Positions 36,367-46,851 of a DNA stretch of 64,000 nt are shown piece by piece (the stretch's first letter is position 1; each line of letters begins with the position of its first letter). Position numbers and translations under genes: made by a program. The notes under the pieces are model-generated. The model worked only from the letters and a program-made list of their open reading frames with translations, made no database searches and had not been told where the DNA came from. This DNA is from Podospora anserina. Taxonomy: Eukaryota. The stretch is taken from the NCBI GenBank assembly GCA_017654855.1, contig CM030338.1, positions 2,666,001 through 2,730,000 of the forward strand, read 5' to 3'.

Positions 36367-38502
36367 TCACACATCACCCCCCTCCCCCCTCCCCTTCTCC
36401 CCAACAGCCTTGATCACCACCCCCAAATCCCCTCTACTCTTCTTCAACAACCCCACACACCCCGAACAAACATTCAAATAACACGCACTACAAATATAAC
36501 ACTCCGCATTCCGATCCTTGTGCCCACACGTCCGGCACGCAATCGGATTATTCTTTTGCTTCCCCGCCGTCATGATCCTATGGCTAGTAATACACCGAAA
36601 ATGCTTCTCCTGTAACGGCCTAGCATCCAGTATCTCCTCCGCCGGCGCAGGCGTGAACCAGTTTCTGGGAAACAACCCCGCCCCAGGGTTATCCGTCTCA
36701 TCTGGTGCGTTTGGGTCGTGTTCCCGGAGGGGATGATCCAAAAACTCTGGTCGGATTGCTGGTGGTGCTGCTCGGAGCGTAATGACTGATCCATCTTCAG
36801 ACACGGGCTTGCCACCCCAAGCCGGGCTCTGCGGTCGTGATTGCGGTTGCCTTTGAAACGGTGGCTGCAATTCCAGAGACGAACCTGCAGGATCCCGTCG
36901 GTTCGGTCCAAACCCAGAACCAGAGTCGGCTCGGAAGCGGGCCGAGTGCGGGGGGTTCGCGAACCGGTCACGGCTAGGCACAGGAGAAGATGGCAAACCG
37001 TTTGGTGAGCGACCATTAAATCCCCCGTTGCTGGCCTTGGGCGCCAAATTGGGACTGCTTCTAGCTTGTCGTAATGCGTGCTCCGGAGGGGGACCCAGCG
37101 CGCTTCGTGACACAGAAGGCGGCGGCGGCGGCGCCGGCCTTTGCTCACTCGGCAACTCCGGGGTAATCGCCGGCGATATTGGCGACACGGCCATGGCCAT
37201 CACGGGACTTTCGACATCATTCGCCCCGTACTCTGGCGTCGGCAATCGCCGGGCGGATAATGGCGACACAACCGGCAACGAGCTGGAAGGACTGGAAGCC
37301 TTTTCGATCGGCGGACTTTGGCTGCCCTTCCTCCTCAACTTGTCCTTCACATGGGACACTTCCTGTCCCATATTGACCTCGATCTGCGGCACCGCCTGCT
37401 CACTCGGATGCACCGGCCGAATGTTTCGCCCTGGCAATCCACCTGCAAAATTTTGGGGTGGTGGGGCACGTTGTGCCGTGGACGGGGGAGGTTGCTCTTG
37501 CGGTTGTGAAGAGTGAGGCTGCTGTGAAGGTGGTTGTGGCGTTTGGTTGGACGCAGCGGTGGATCCGTTGCTGGAAGCAAGGTTGAGTTCAGGAACGTCA
37601 ACTTTTTTCTCGGCTTTTAGTGATCTTCTTCTCCAGAGCTGATCCTGTGGAGAACGGTTATCTACTAGCGGGGATGCGGCCGTGTGCGTGGATGCTGGTG
37701 GTTGGACAGACGAGGATGATATCTGCAGACTCGTCGGTGTTTGCGGTCTAGCAAGCCGCTGGGCATCTTTTAGAGGCGGTGGAGGTGGTAGCTCTTCGAG
37801 GTCTTCTTTAAACATCTGGTGAGTAAAAGTGCTGGGTTTTTGTGTTTGAGCATGTTGGTCGGATGGCAGTGACGGAAGTGTTTGCGACTGAATGCGAGCC
37901 TCGTTTCCTATTGTGGGCGACGACGCTGAATGAGAATCTTTGGATGGAACAATGGAAACCACTTCATTGGCAGTGTTTGTCGATGTCCTTGGTGTAGAAT
38001 CAGATGTGTGGTTGGAGTAGGCAGACAGTAGACTGGAGTATGAGCCGGCAGGTGAGGGAACTCTCTCTGGCAACGTCGGGCTTGGGATAGATGTTGGGGC
38101 CGGACCCGAGGGGCTTGCAACAGTCGGGGAGGCGACGGGCCGTCGGCGTGGCACACTCATCGGGGGTGGGAGTCCGGGAGACTTTGCAGGCAGGCGCGGG
38201 AGAGGTGAATCTGGGGGAAGCTGAGCAACGGCAGCCATGGTATAAGCAGTCTTGGTGGTGAAGGTGCTCCTGGTGTCCCAGTCCTTTGCGGCCGGTACGG
38301 GCTTCTTGATGATGGGAAGGGGGGCTCCAGCAACAGGTGTCTTGGGCAGGTCTTTCTTTGGTGGCGGAGGCAGTGGGAGGTCAGACCTGAACGAGTCCGT
38401 GTCGAAGTCGAGAGCAGGCAAAGAAGGAGGGACGGGGAGGGCCTTTGAGAAGCGAGACTTGCCGCCCGTTTTAGGGAGCTGCAAGCTCGCGGTTTCCATC
38501 AT
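36367..38502 (-). CDS. Proline-rich protein with a C-terminal Cys-rich zinc finger
   Basis: 711-aa single ORF with many PPPP/PxxP tracts; C-terminal HFRCITSH...CRTC...CYICSACYLNVCSGC. Confidence 0.82.
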   Translation of the reverse strand: MMETASLQLPKTGGKSRFSKALPVPPSLPALDFDTDSFRSDLPLPPPPKKDLPKTPVAGAPLPIIKKPVPAAKDWDTRSTFTTKTAYTMAAVAQLPPDSPLPRLPAKSPGLPPPMSVPRRRPVASPTVASPSGPAPTSIPSPTLPERVPSPAGSYSSLLSAYSNHTSDSTPRTSTNTANEVVSIVPSKDSHSASSPTIGNEARIQSQTLPSLPSDQHAQTQKPSTFTHQMFKEDLEELPPPPPLKDAQRLARPQTPTSLQISSSSVQPPASTHTAASPLVDNRSPQDQLWRRRSLKAEKKVDVPELNLASSNGSTAASNQTPQPPSQQPHSSQPQEQPPPSTAQRAPPPQNFAGGLPGRNIRPVHPSEQAVPQIEVNMGQEVSHVKDKLRRKGSQSPPIEKASSPSSSLPVVSPLSARRLPTPEYGANDVESPVMAMAVSPISPAITPELPSEQRPAPPPPPSVSRSALGPPPEHALRQARSSPNLAPKASNGGFNGRSPNGLPSSPVPSRDRFANPPHSARFRADSGSGFGPNRRDPAGSSLELQPPFQRQPQSRPQSPAWGGKPVSEDGSVITLRAAPPAIRPEFLDHPLREHDPNAPDETDNPGAGLFPRNWFTPAPAEEILDARPLQEKHFRCITSHRIMTAGKQKNNPIACRTCGHKDRNAECYICSACYLNVCSGCVGLLKKSRGDLGVVIKAVGEKGRGEGGDV

Positions 38503-39198
38503 CTTGTCCGTCTCGTTTTGCCCGCGTGTGGATCGAGGGAGGCACGGATAGTAGCGTAGCGCACGTCGGGATCTTTTTTTTTTGGCTCACTTTTCCTTCA
38601 AGCAACGCGGCGAGACCCGCAGCTGGTGTCGCACATGGACTCGCTCACTGGCGATATCCCGGCTCTTCTCCGTCAAATGAGTTTCCGGATTCCTTGTTCC
38701 TCGCGGATGTCGGGCTGTTTGTTGGTCATCAGCTTTCACCACACCCCTGGTCCATCAAATCAAGCAATCTGAGTCAAAAGGCGTGCGCATAAAGTAGGGG
38801 TATAAAACAGAGGCAATAACAAGACAGCAAATAATAAACCGAAAGAATAAGAGCAAAAAGGAAATAAGAGAAAAAAAAAGGATTCGGGATGCCGGGACGG
38901 ACGGGACAACGGAGTTTTCGAGTCTTTTGCTGGTGACGCTGCAAACAGGCATCCAACCCACTTTCCACAGCAGGGCTCAAATTAGACGATCGCCGCGGGG
39001 AGTGTTAACCCCCTGGCTCCCTGGCCGGCTGAAACACAGCTTGACTGGCTAGAGAGCGGCAGAAATCCCAACAGGGCGGGCTGGTTGGTCCATCACAAGG
39101 ATAGGGTGCCAGCGATGACTCGCTAGAATTTCTGCGATCCAAGAAAAAAAGGCCCATTGTATTTTTCTGTCGTATCAACGTTTATGCCGTGGCAGCCG

Positions 39199-39238
<40 letters not shown>
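39199..39238. repeat. (TGA)n microsatellite
   Basis: About 13 perfect units, intergenic. Confidence 0.92.
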
Positions 39239-40599
39239 AACAAGAGCAGAGTATATGGGACATAAGCGAGAGACATACTGGGTTTTGTTTCTCTGTCAGT
39301 TCATAATTCTCGTCGTCGATAGTCTCGTTCGATATTCGAGAGGGGACATTAGATGACGTCTTTTTCCCTTCCCTGGCCCTGTCGTTGAAGATAGCGGCAA
39401 TCGCGGTGGAGGCGTCGTGTGGACGTTGCAAGTGTGCATTGGTTCCCGCAGCCACAACTCTCTTGGCTGTTAGTAATCCCTCACAAAATGGCTGGGATGA
39501 CTAACAGGGCAGGAGATTGCACGACGATCCCTTCTGTAACGCCAACAACGGACATCCAACGTGGGGGTTTTAGTTCTCGTCGGGCAAGACATTTTTTTTT
39601 TTTCGATATTGAGCCTCTCTGACCGAGAGGTAAAAGAAGGGAAAAGAAGGCGACTCTCGGGATGCAATGCCACCTCACCTGCATGATGACTTTTCCTCAG
39701 AGATTTTCTCCCATGCACGTCGGTATTTCACTGCTCCCATGTGCTCATGCAAGAGAATTGTTCTGTGCCTCTTTCTGTCGTGTCCGGCAGGTTGCCTGCG
39801 TCGAACCACCCCTATATGTACGGGATTACGAGGCACACACACTGTGTTCGAGAAGGGTTCCCAAATTGGGGGTGTGACCCTATTCATCAGGACCTGCATT
39901 TCAACACGTCACTGAGGGGAAAATGTGTGGGTGGGAGCGTTTCCGAGGGCGGATGAGAGGTAGTTAAAGAGTTCATTTGGAAAAGGGACAGGCACTCTTG
40001 CGTCGGTGAGGGTGGGCGGGATAGTGGTTACACCGTTTGAACAATATAGCCACCCCCTGAGCTCCTGAGCGTTGACATGTTGAGGCAGGTTTTCCTTGCA
40101 CAAAAGGGCCCGGCAGAGACTCGATTCTGTTATTTTGGTCGTCGAGTCCGAGTGGACCTGGGCACAAGCTTCTTTTTGGTCATTGCTTGTCCGCATGGCC
40201 AGCCGTGGTACATATCGCCATGACCAAACGGCGGAATCTGAAGTATGGGGCTTGTCAGGTACAACGTGCAAAGATGCATAGGTGTCCAAGCTTGCTCACG
40301 GTAGGGCCGTAAGTTATGGTCATCATCTGGGGAAGAAGAAGCTCAGATGAGCGAGCTTGGTTGAGATGGCAGGTCAGAAGGCGGAAAGCTGTAACTAGGT
40401 AGGTACCTTGGGCGGGCGAACAGGAACGGTGTCGAGATCGTCGACCATAGACAGTTTGGTTGTCGTTGAACCAACCTCTCCAACTAGACAGAGTCAACCC
40501 ACGACAAATTCCTGCTACGCACTCGACCTCTCTCGTCGTCACAAAAATGAAGCCCTCCCCTCCCACATCCTCCTCACCACCGTCCCCCTATCCCGCGCC

Positions 40600-41273
40600 A
40601 CCTGTCTCTCGCGCCGGGGCTGTACCTGCGTACGCAGCAGGAGGTGTATCTCGCGAGGGCGAGGCAAGGGTGGGAGTGGTTTCGGGGTGGTGGGATGATT
40701 AATGAGCAGAACCTCGTCAATGATGGGTTGACGGAGGATGGGAGTTGTAGAAATAATGGCCAGACGGAGTGGAGATATAATCAGGGGGTGGTGCTGGGGG
40801 TGGGGGGGCTGGTCGGTTGGTGTGTTATATGGAAGGTAGCCTGTGTTGAACCGCTGCCAACGGGGAATAGATCTTTATACAGCTACGAAGGATAGTCAAT
40901 ATCTTTCCCAAGCGAGGAAAATCGCCGATGCGGCGGTGGCGAGTTCTAGTCTTTTGATGGTGTCTTCTTCGGGGATTCTGACCGAGTCTTGTGAGGGGGA
41001 TGGGAATTGTAATAATGACCAGCAGGCTTTCAAGGGGATAGTTGCGTATAATCTTGCAAAGTTGGATAGGACGTACCCGGGTGAGAGGTCGTATAAGGGG
41101 GGTGTTGACTCGATGGGCGGAGGAGATGTGGCAGAATGATCGGGGGGTGGTGAGCAAGTGGGGAGGATGGGGAGGGGAACTTGTATGGTGTTTCTTGGGG
41201 TGGGCCCTACGAGAAGGGGAGTTTGGGGAAGCAGGTTTCGGTGGCGGGGTTATTTGTGAGTTTGGTTGAGTAG
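40600..41273 (+). pseudogene. Truncated, frameshifted GH76 (endo-alpha-1,6-mannanase-like) remnant
   Basis: YLARARQGWEWF..GMINEQNLVNDGL..CRNNGQTEWRYNQGVVL, probable intron, DLYTATKDSQYL..GILTESC..DQQAFKGI, then frameshifted WQNDR and YGVSWGGPY..KQVSVAGLFV*. No N-terminal half is visible. Confidence 0.75.
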
Positions 41274-41852
41274 GTAGAGAGATCGATTGGGAGAGGAAGG
41301 TAGGTGGTTCATTGGGAATAATTGCCTTTTACTTGCTGGTATAAGTTAAAGAAAGGTGAAGACCAATCAGCTACCCACACAACCTGATAAGATCCTCTCA
41401 TCCACCAAGCCAAAACAAAGGCCAACCAAAGTGAAAGTGGACAGAATGACTGGATGTTATCTGGCTAACTTACAGCAAGCAGCGCGTGCAAGAGATCAAG
41501 ACTGCATCCAAGCATCTGCCCACTTCCAGCTCTCAACCTGGCTCGGCGAAACCGTCGGAAAGAGCTCCTACAGAGGGTGGTATGTTGGCGGTATTGTGTG
41601 GAGGAACAACCAACTGTGAGCGACTTAATGGCAGAGAAGAAGCCATCCTTTATACCGGCTTTAGCTTGATGGATAGATGGTACCCTTAAGCCTTCTCAAG
41701 AGGCACGCGCAAGCCGAAAGGAGAAGAGAATAGCGCTTCTCTGCGCCGCGTTAGCAGTTGCGGCATTCTCTTGAGCTCGCTCGCCCATGAGGGCGTCGGC
41801 CCAGTCAAACTATGGGGCGGCAAGCGAAAAGTCCATCTTTGGCAAAGAAATT

Positions 41853-42291
41853 GAGAGAACCTATACGGAACCCCCTATTTAGCTTACCAGCACCCCCCCT
41901 TAATATAGAATTTAACTATATTGCGAAGCATAATTATTAAGGGTTAAAAGACGTTCAATAGGCTCTAAAGGATAGCTAAAAGACGTTAAAATAAAATTAA
42001 AAAAAATGTTAAAAGATAATCAAAAGACGTTAAAAGATAGTTAAGAGGCCTCAAGAGAGAGTTAAAAAGGCTTAAAGAATAATGAAAAGGCTTTAAAAGA
42101 TAGTGAAAAGGGTTGGAAAGATTATTTAAAAGCCTTGAAAGATAATTCTAAGGCCTTTAAAGATAATTTGAAAACTGATTATGTTTTCTTTTAAGGCCTT
42201 TTATTATATTATCGGAAAGGTAAGTAAATAGGTATGGGGGCGGTGGGCGGGACGCTGATAAGACAAATAGGGGCTCCGTAAAGGTTCTCTC
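41853..42291. mobile_element. Non-autonomous TIR DNA transposon (MITE; Mutator-like by GAG termini), 439 bp
   Basis: Left GAGAGAACCTATACGGAACCCCCTATTTAGCTTACCAGC vs reverse complement of right end GAGAGAACCTTTACGGAGCCCCTATTTGTCTTATCAGC. Perfect 8-bp TSD AAGAAATT at 41845-41852 and 42292-42299. AT-rich interior, no ORF. Confidence 0.88.
41944..42176 (+). repeat. Degenerate 21-nt minisatellite (about 11 units) inside the MITE
   Basis: Units such as TTAAAAGATAATCAAAAGACG, TTAAAAGATAGTTAAGAGGCC, TTAAAAGATAGTGAAAAGGGT, TTGAAAGATAATTCTAAGGCC. Confidence 0.8.
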
Positions 42292-43295
42292 AAGAAATTT
42301 GCCAAATTGCTTGTTCGGTCTCTTGGCCGTGAAGAGTGGTCTCCTCGAGAGGGCAAGGTGGGAAGGATTGATGCAGCTTGTTCGCAGGCTGGTAGATTGC
42401 GAGCAAGGGCATGGTGTTCACTCGTGCCCACGCGCAGCTTCTCTCAGTGTAAGACGCTGAGTAATCCCTCGTCAGCTAGGCGAGCAGGCAAGGAAGCGCT
42501 GAATGGCCTCTCAAAGGACCTGGAGCGCTCCTTCATCAGCGACTGCATGTGAGAGCTCCTCGCAGCTTGTCATCACCACCCGGCTTGCCCGTGTTTCAGC
42601 TCAGGGGACGACTGGACTTTTTTTTTTTTTTGGTCTGTGATCCTTGGCTTGCTTGCCGGGGATCTCTACCAGAGCGGCGCTTCCACACGATGCTCTTCGT
42701 CCTTGCAATACCTGTCATCAAATGGGTGTTTAAAATCAGATGAAAATCGTCGAAAGAGCAGCGCCTCCTCGCGATTATCACCCCCCAAAGCTTGGACGGG
42801 AGAGGTTCAAAGGAAATCACAGCCCGTTGTCAAATGACGGAAGCATTTCATGTCATATTACGCCAGCAATAAAGTCGATATCTAGTAATCAAACACTTTT
42901 TATTCTCGCTTCCCGGCTATAAAGCCTACCACGCTGCAAAAGAGGTCTCCCTCATATAAAAAAGACAGCAACAGCGGTCCATGACGGATATAAACATCCC
43001 ATCCATCATCATGACCGACCCATGACAAAAGTCATCCCCATCGACGTCCGCTCAAGCGCCCCCCATTACCAGAAGAATATTAAAAAAAAAAGGACAGAAA
43101 ACAACAACTATTTCCCAGCCTGTTCCCCTCAGCCGACCGACAGCAACAGGCCATGAGTGGAGGTATCTTCCGCAAAAAAACAACAACATAAGAATGTGTG
43201 TAGTAAACAATACAAAACCCCAAGCAAGTATTTTTCATGGGCAAGAGCCCCCATCGTTAACAAATGTACCCAACTTGTTCTCAACTCCACATGAC

Positions 43296-45248
43296 TTAGT
43301 GCCCCGCGGGAGGGAGCACGGGGTAAGTGACCCGGCCGGGGTCGGTGGGAGGGCTGGGGCGAGAGCGATCAGCGAGCGCCGGGTCGATACGGCTGTTATC
43401 CGTGTCTTCCTCGTAGTCGCGGCGCTCAAGGCGCTGGCGGATGGCGCTTCTCAAGGCCTCGATGGTGCGCATGTTATTGAGCCAGTCATCATAGGTTTCG
43501 CCATCAGGGCCCTCAGAATCGCCACTAGGTGAGCTGACCGAGGAGGCACCAGGCTGGGCAGCGGTGGGAGTGCGGGCACCGTCCGACTCGGAGCCAGAGC
43601 GGCGGGCAGCAGCCTGGAGCATACCACCAGAGAGGCGGCGCTCATTGTGAGTGAAGTTGGACCCGAGACCAGCAGCCGTAGGAGGATAAGGCAGAGGGTT
43701 GGCACGGCTGCTGAGGTTGGGATAGGCGACCGAGGTGGAGCTGTGGCGCGAGATGGGAGACATGCCGGAGGACGAGGTGGTAGGCGAGTGGCCAGAAGTG
43801 TACGACATGTTGCTGGAGGGAGGGGTGACGGCGGGGGTGCCGCTGCTGGAGTGGGACGGGGCGGCACTGAGAGGAGACACCACCTGCTGAGCGCCAGAAG
43901 CAGCATAGGGGTCGACGGCTGGGCGAGCGGCATAAGAAGGCGATGGGTGACGGAGATCAACAGGGGCATAGTGAGAGTTGGGAGACCCGGTGTTCTCATA
44001 CACGGTGTGCTGCATCTGCTCGAGCATCTGGTCGATCTGGGTCAAGTCCTCCTTGGTGCGAAGGTTGGGCATGGGTGGCAGATAGTAGTGCTGGGTGAGA
44101 GGAGTGGCATGGGAACCACCACCCATGGCGAGGGTGTGGGGAGCCTGGGCCATGTACTCGGTCGCTACACCGCCGCCAGCCTGGAAGCCAAGACCATGGA
44201 TGGGCATCAGCGAGCGGCCTACCTGCTGGTAGGAGCTGGGGTCAATCTGACGGCGCTTGAGGTTTCCGAAGAGCTCGTTCAAGTTATCCAGCTGGCGCTT
44301 CTCCCGGGGGTCGGCATAGGAAGAGGCATGGTGGCTCATGAAATCTCCGCGGGGAGCACCCATGTGCTGAGAGTAGTACATGGGGGGCCCAGCGTGATAA
44401 GATGGGTGCTGGGGAGCCGCGGGGTGCTGGCCGTAGTAACTAGGCTGACCATTCTGCTGGTGCGGGTGGCCAAAGGGGCCGGTGTTAGTACCGCGCATGT
44501 GGCCATTATGATCATAGAAAGCGGGGGGAGCTAGAGGCGGATTAGCCTCGAAACTTCTGGGAGAACGAAAACGTGTTTGTTCGAGTACGTCGAGTAGTCA
44601 ACAAATAGGAGGGAGTAGCATATGTGTCACATACCTTTGGAGTTTGGGTGAGCACGGTAGGCGGGGTTCATGCCACCGGGCTGGTCCTGGGTTCTGCCGA
44701 CCAGAACAGAGTCATCGGCATGAGTCTTGACGTGCTTCTTGAGATCCTGAGGGCGCTTGAACGACTTGCCGCAGAAGTCGCACTTGTGGGGCTTCAGGGG
44801 AACATGGACGCGGATGTGGGAAGTGATATGGTCTCTTTTCACAGTGGTTGTCCTACAAGCGTTCCACTGGCATGTGAGGTTGAGGTTGTTGGTGCTCTTG
44901 CGGCCGACGTGCTTCTCACAGATATGCTCCTGAAAAAGAGAATGTCAGCGATAGCTCTCGTTCACAGCAAGTGAACAAACAACTTACATAAAGGACCTCG
45001 GCAGACGTGAACCGTTCGTTGCACTCAGACCACCGGCACACAAGGCTCTCATCTTGGGCAGTGCTGCTGGATGAGCTGGCGGTGGGAGCGGTGGATGGCG
45101 CGGGAGTCGCGCCGTTGGAGGTAGAGCTGGACGACCCGGAGGAGGGCGCGGCGGCAGCAGCAGCCGGAGTGGCAGCAGCAGCAGTGGTGGTATCAGCAGC
45201 GGGTGCCGTTGGCGACACCTGTGTAGGTGAAATGCCCGAGGAGGACAT
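43296..45248 (-). CDS. pacC: pH-responsive C2H2 transcription factor PacC/Rim101; exons 45248-44988, 44929-44635, 44530-43296
   Basis: Three zinc fingers [68 protein letters not shown]. Two YPxL motifs (YPNL, YPVL) flank a signalling-protease-box-like [19 protein letters not shown]. Confidence 0.97.
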
Positions 45249-45393
45249 GGCTGTCGAGATATCACGTGAAGTGCACGTGAAGAAGCTTAGGGTTGGTTTT
45301 TTGTTGTGGTCACGTGGGGTAGTCGAGAGAGACAAGCCCTAGCCCCACTCTTTTCAAAGGACGCCGAGAATGGACTGCTTGCGGTGGGAAGAT

Positions 45394-46851
45394 GCCAAGA
45401 CCGGGAGAAGCGTGTTGGCTGGGCAGAACTGGTCTTGTCGGGACGCGGTGTGCTTGATGGAATCAGACAACCCGCAACGGCAAATATGGACGAAACAGCG
45501 ATGCTCGTTGCAAATGTTTTTGATTCTGCTCGTGGATGTGGCTCAAAGTTTGTTGCAGAGAGGAAAATGCTTCAGTATTGGATTCAGGAGAACAGCGGGC
45601 CATTATGTCCTTTATTACAGCTTTTTGCCCTCATGGCAATACATGGCGGAAACTCTTGGCAAAACTCTCTTGGCCTCCTTGGCCCGCTTGGCAAGTCGGC
45701 GCCTCGGATGCCAAGCTCACATCATTGGCTGATGGTGGCAGCGTCGGCCCGCCCGTCGTACCTGCTGCACTCTGCTGTTGAGGCAACCGCCAGTGCTGCG
45801 CCCCGACCCCCTAACAAACCCTAACAGCACTACTTTGCCGCCAAGGACAGCCAAGACGACGCCAAGGCTTGGTATTTGCGAGGAATCCCTTGGCGTCCGT
45901 TTGTTGCCTCCCTCCACGAGAGTCACACGCTTTACGCTTTGCCCACATCTCCAGCACTTATGCAACCCCAACCCCTGACAGCTGCCATCTTCGATCGCGA
46001 TAACTGGCAAGGAAGTTCATCGTTCCACTCTGGCAGCTGTGTTGTTGCGGGTCATCCATGTTGGGCATCATTCTTAATTCTGGATGGGCGATTGTTTGGT
46101 TTTTGCGGCTGCTTGCCGATTGATAACGCTATCAAACCACTTCTGATCACAACAGCACCACTGCACACAAAAGCAGCTGCCAAGGCCAAGAGATCATTCT
46201 CCGCGTGCCAAGCCCTTGGCGACCCCGACTTTCTTTGATACCGTTTTGCCTGGGCGATTACCATCAGTTTGGGTCAACAAGAGCCAACCTGCGCGCTGCT
46301 TTCTCGAAGCGAGCAGAAAACGTTGGTTTCAAAGCGGCGGTTCAGCGTCCGCTAAACTAAAAAAACCAGGAAAAAAAATCAATAAGCCGCTACCTGAGCT
46401 GCGTGCCAAACAGCACGTGCTACACCATCTCCACGTTTGTCGTCCGTTATGTTGAGCGACCCCGCGCATTGGGTCCCCATCCCAGGCGAGATGAAGTGGG
46501 GAGAGAGGTGAGTTGCACCCCACAGCCTCGTTGATTGGATCACCCAACCTCAACCAGACTTTTGCGCTCCTGTGGGGTTCTGAGGATTATCAACAACTCC
46601 TTTCCAGTCACTTTGATTTTTCCGGCAGAAACAGACGTCTCCAATTATCGAACACGGCACACGCTCCGTCAAAGCAACCACATCGCACACCTACGATACA
46701 TCATCTTTGATCTTGGCGATTCTCCTCGGCAGCTTGTACTTCCTTCTTGGCAACTCTTGGTCTCTCTACCGCTCGCCGAGCCATGCCCAGCAATTGCCCA
46801 GACGTGCCCAGCCACGCCGAGGATGCCGAGAGGTGGTTCGCAATTCTTGGC
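45394..46851. promoter_or_regulatory. Cluster of 17 PacC consensus sites (GCCAAG/CTTGGC) upstream of pacC
   Basis: Sites start at 45394, 45655, 45669, 45678, 45687, 45710, 45840, 45850, 45861, 45889, 46179, 46185, 46207, 46215, 46712, 46746, 46846. GCCARG is the established PacC consensus. Confidence 0.88.

Larger units (their letters stand above)
41732..42323 (+). repeat. Degraded direct-orientation duplicate of 50997-51140, split by the TIR element
   Basis: 41732-41844 aligns without gaps to 50997-51109 (94/113 identical by hand count). Homology resumes after the insertion: TGCCAAATTGCTTGTTCGGTCTCT vs TGCCAAATTGCTT-TTCGGTCTCT. Confidence 0.9.

Noticed and set aside
41810-41812. TAG at a Trp position (minus strand), as a sexual-stage A-to-I editable stop
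   Set aside because: The copy also has a MITE insertion, an indel and another stop. TGG>TAG is equally a RIP-type change.
45249-45335. In-frame TTG upstream of pacC as a non-AUG extension
   Set aside because: A short open stretch is expected by chance and there is no conservation evidence.
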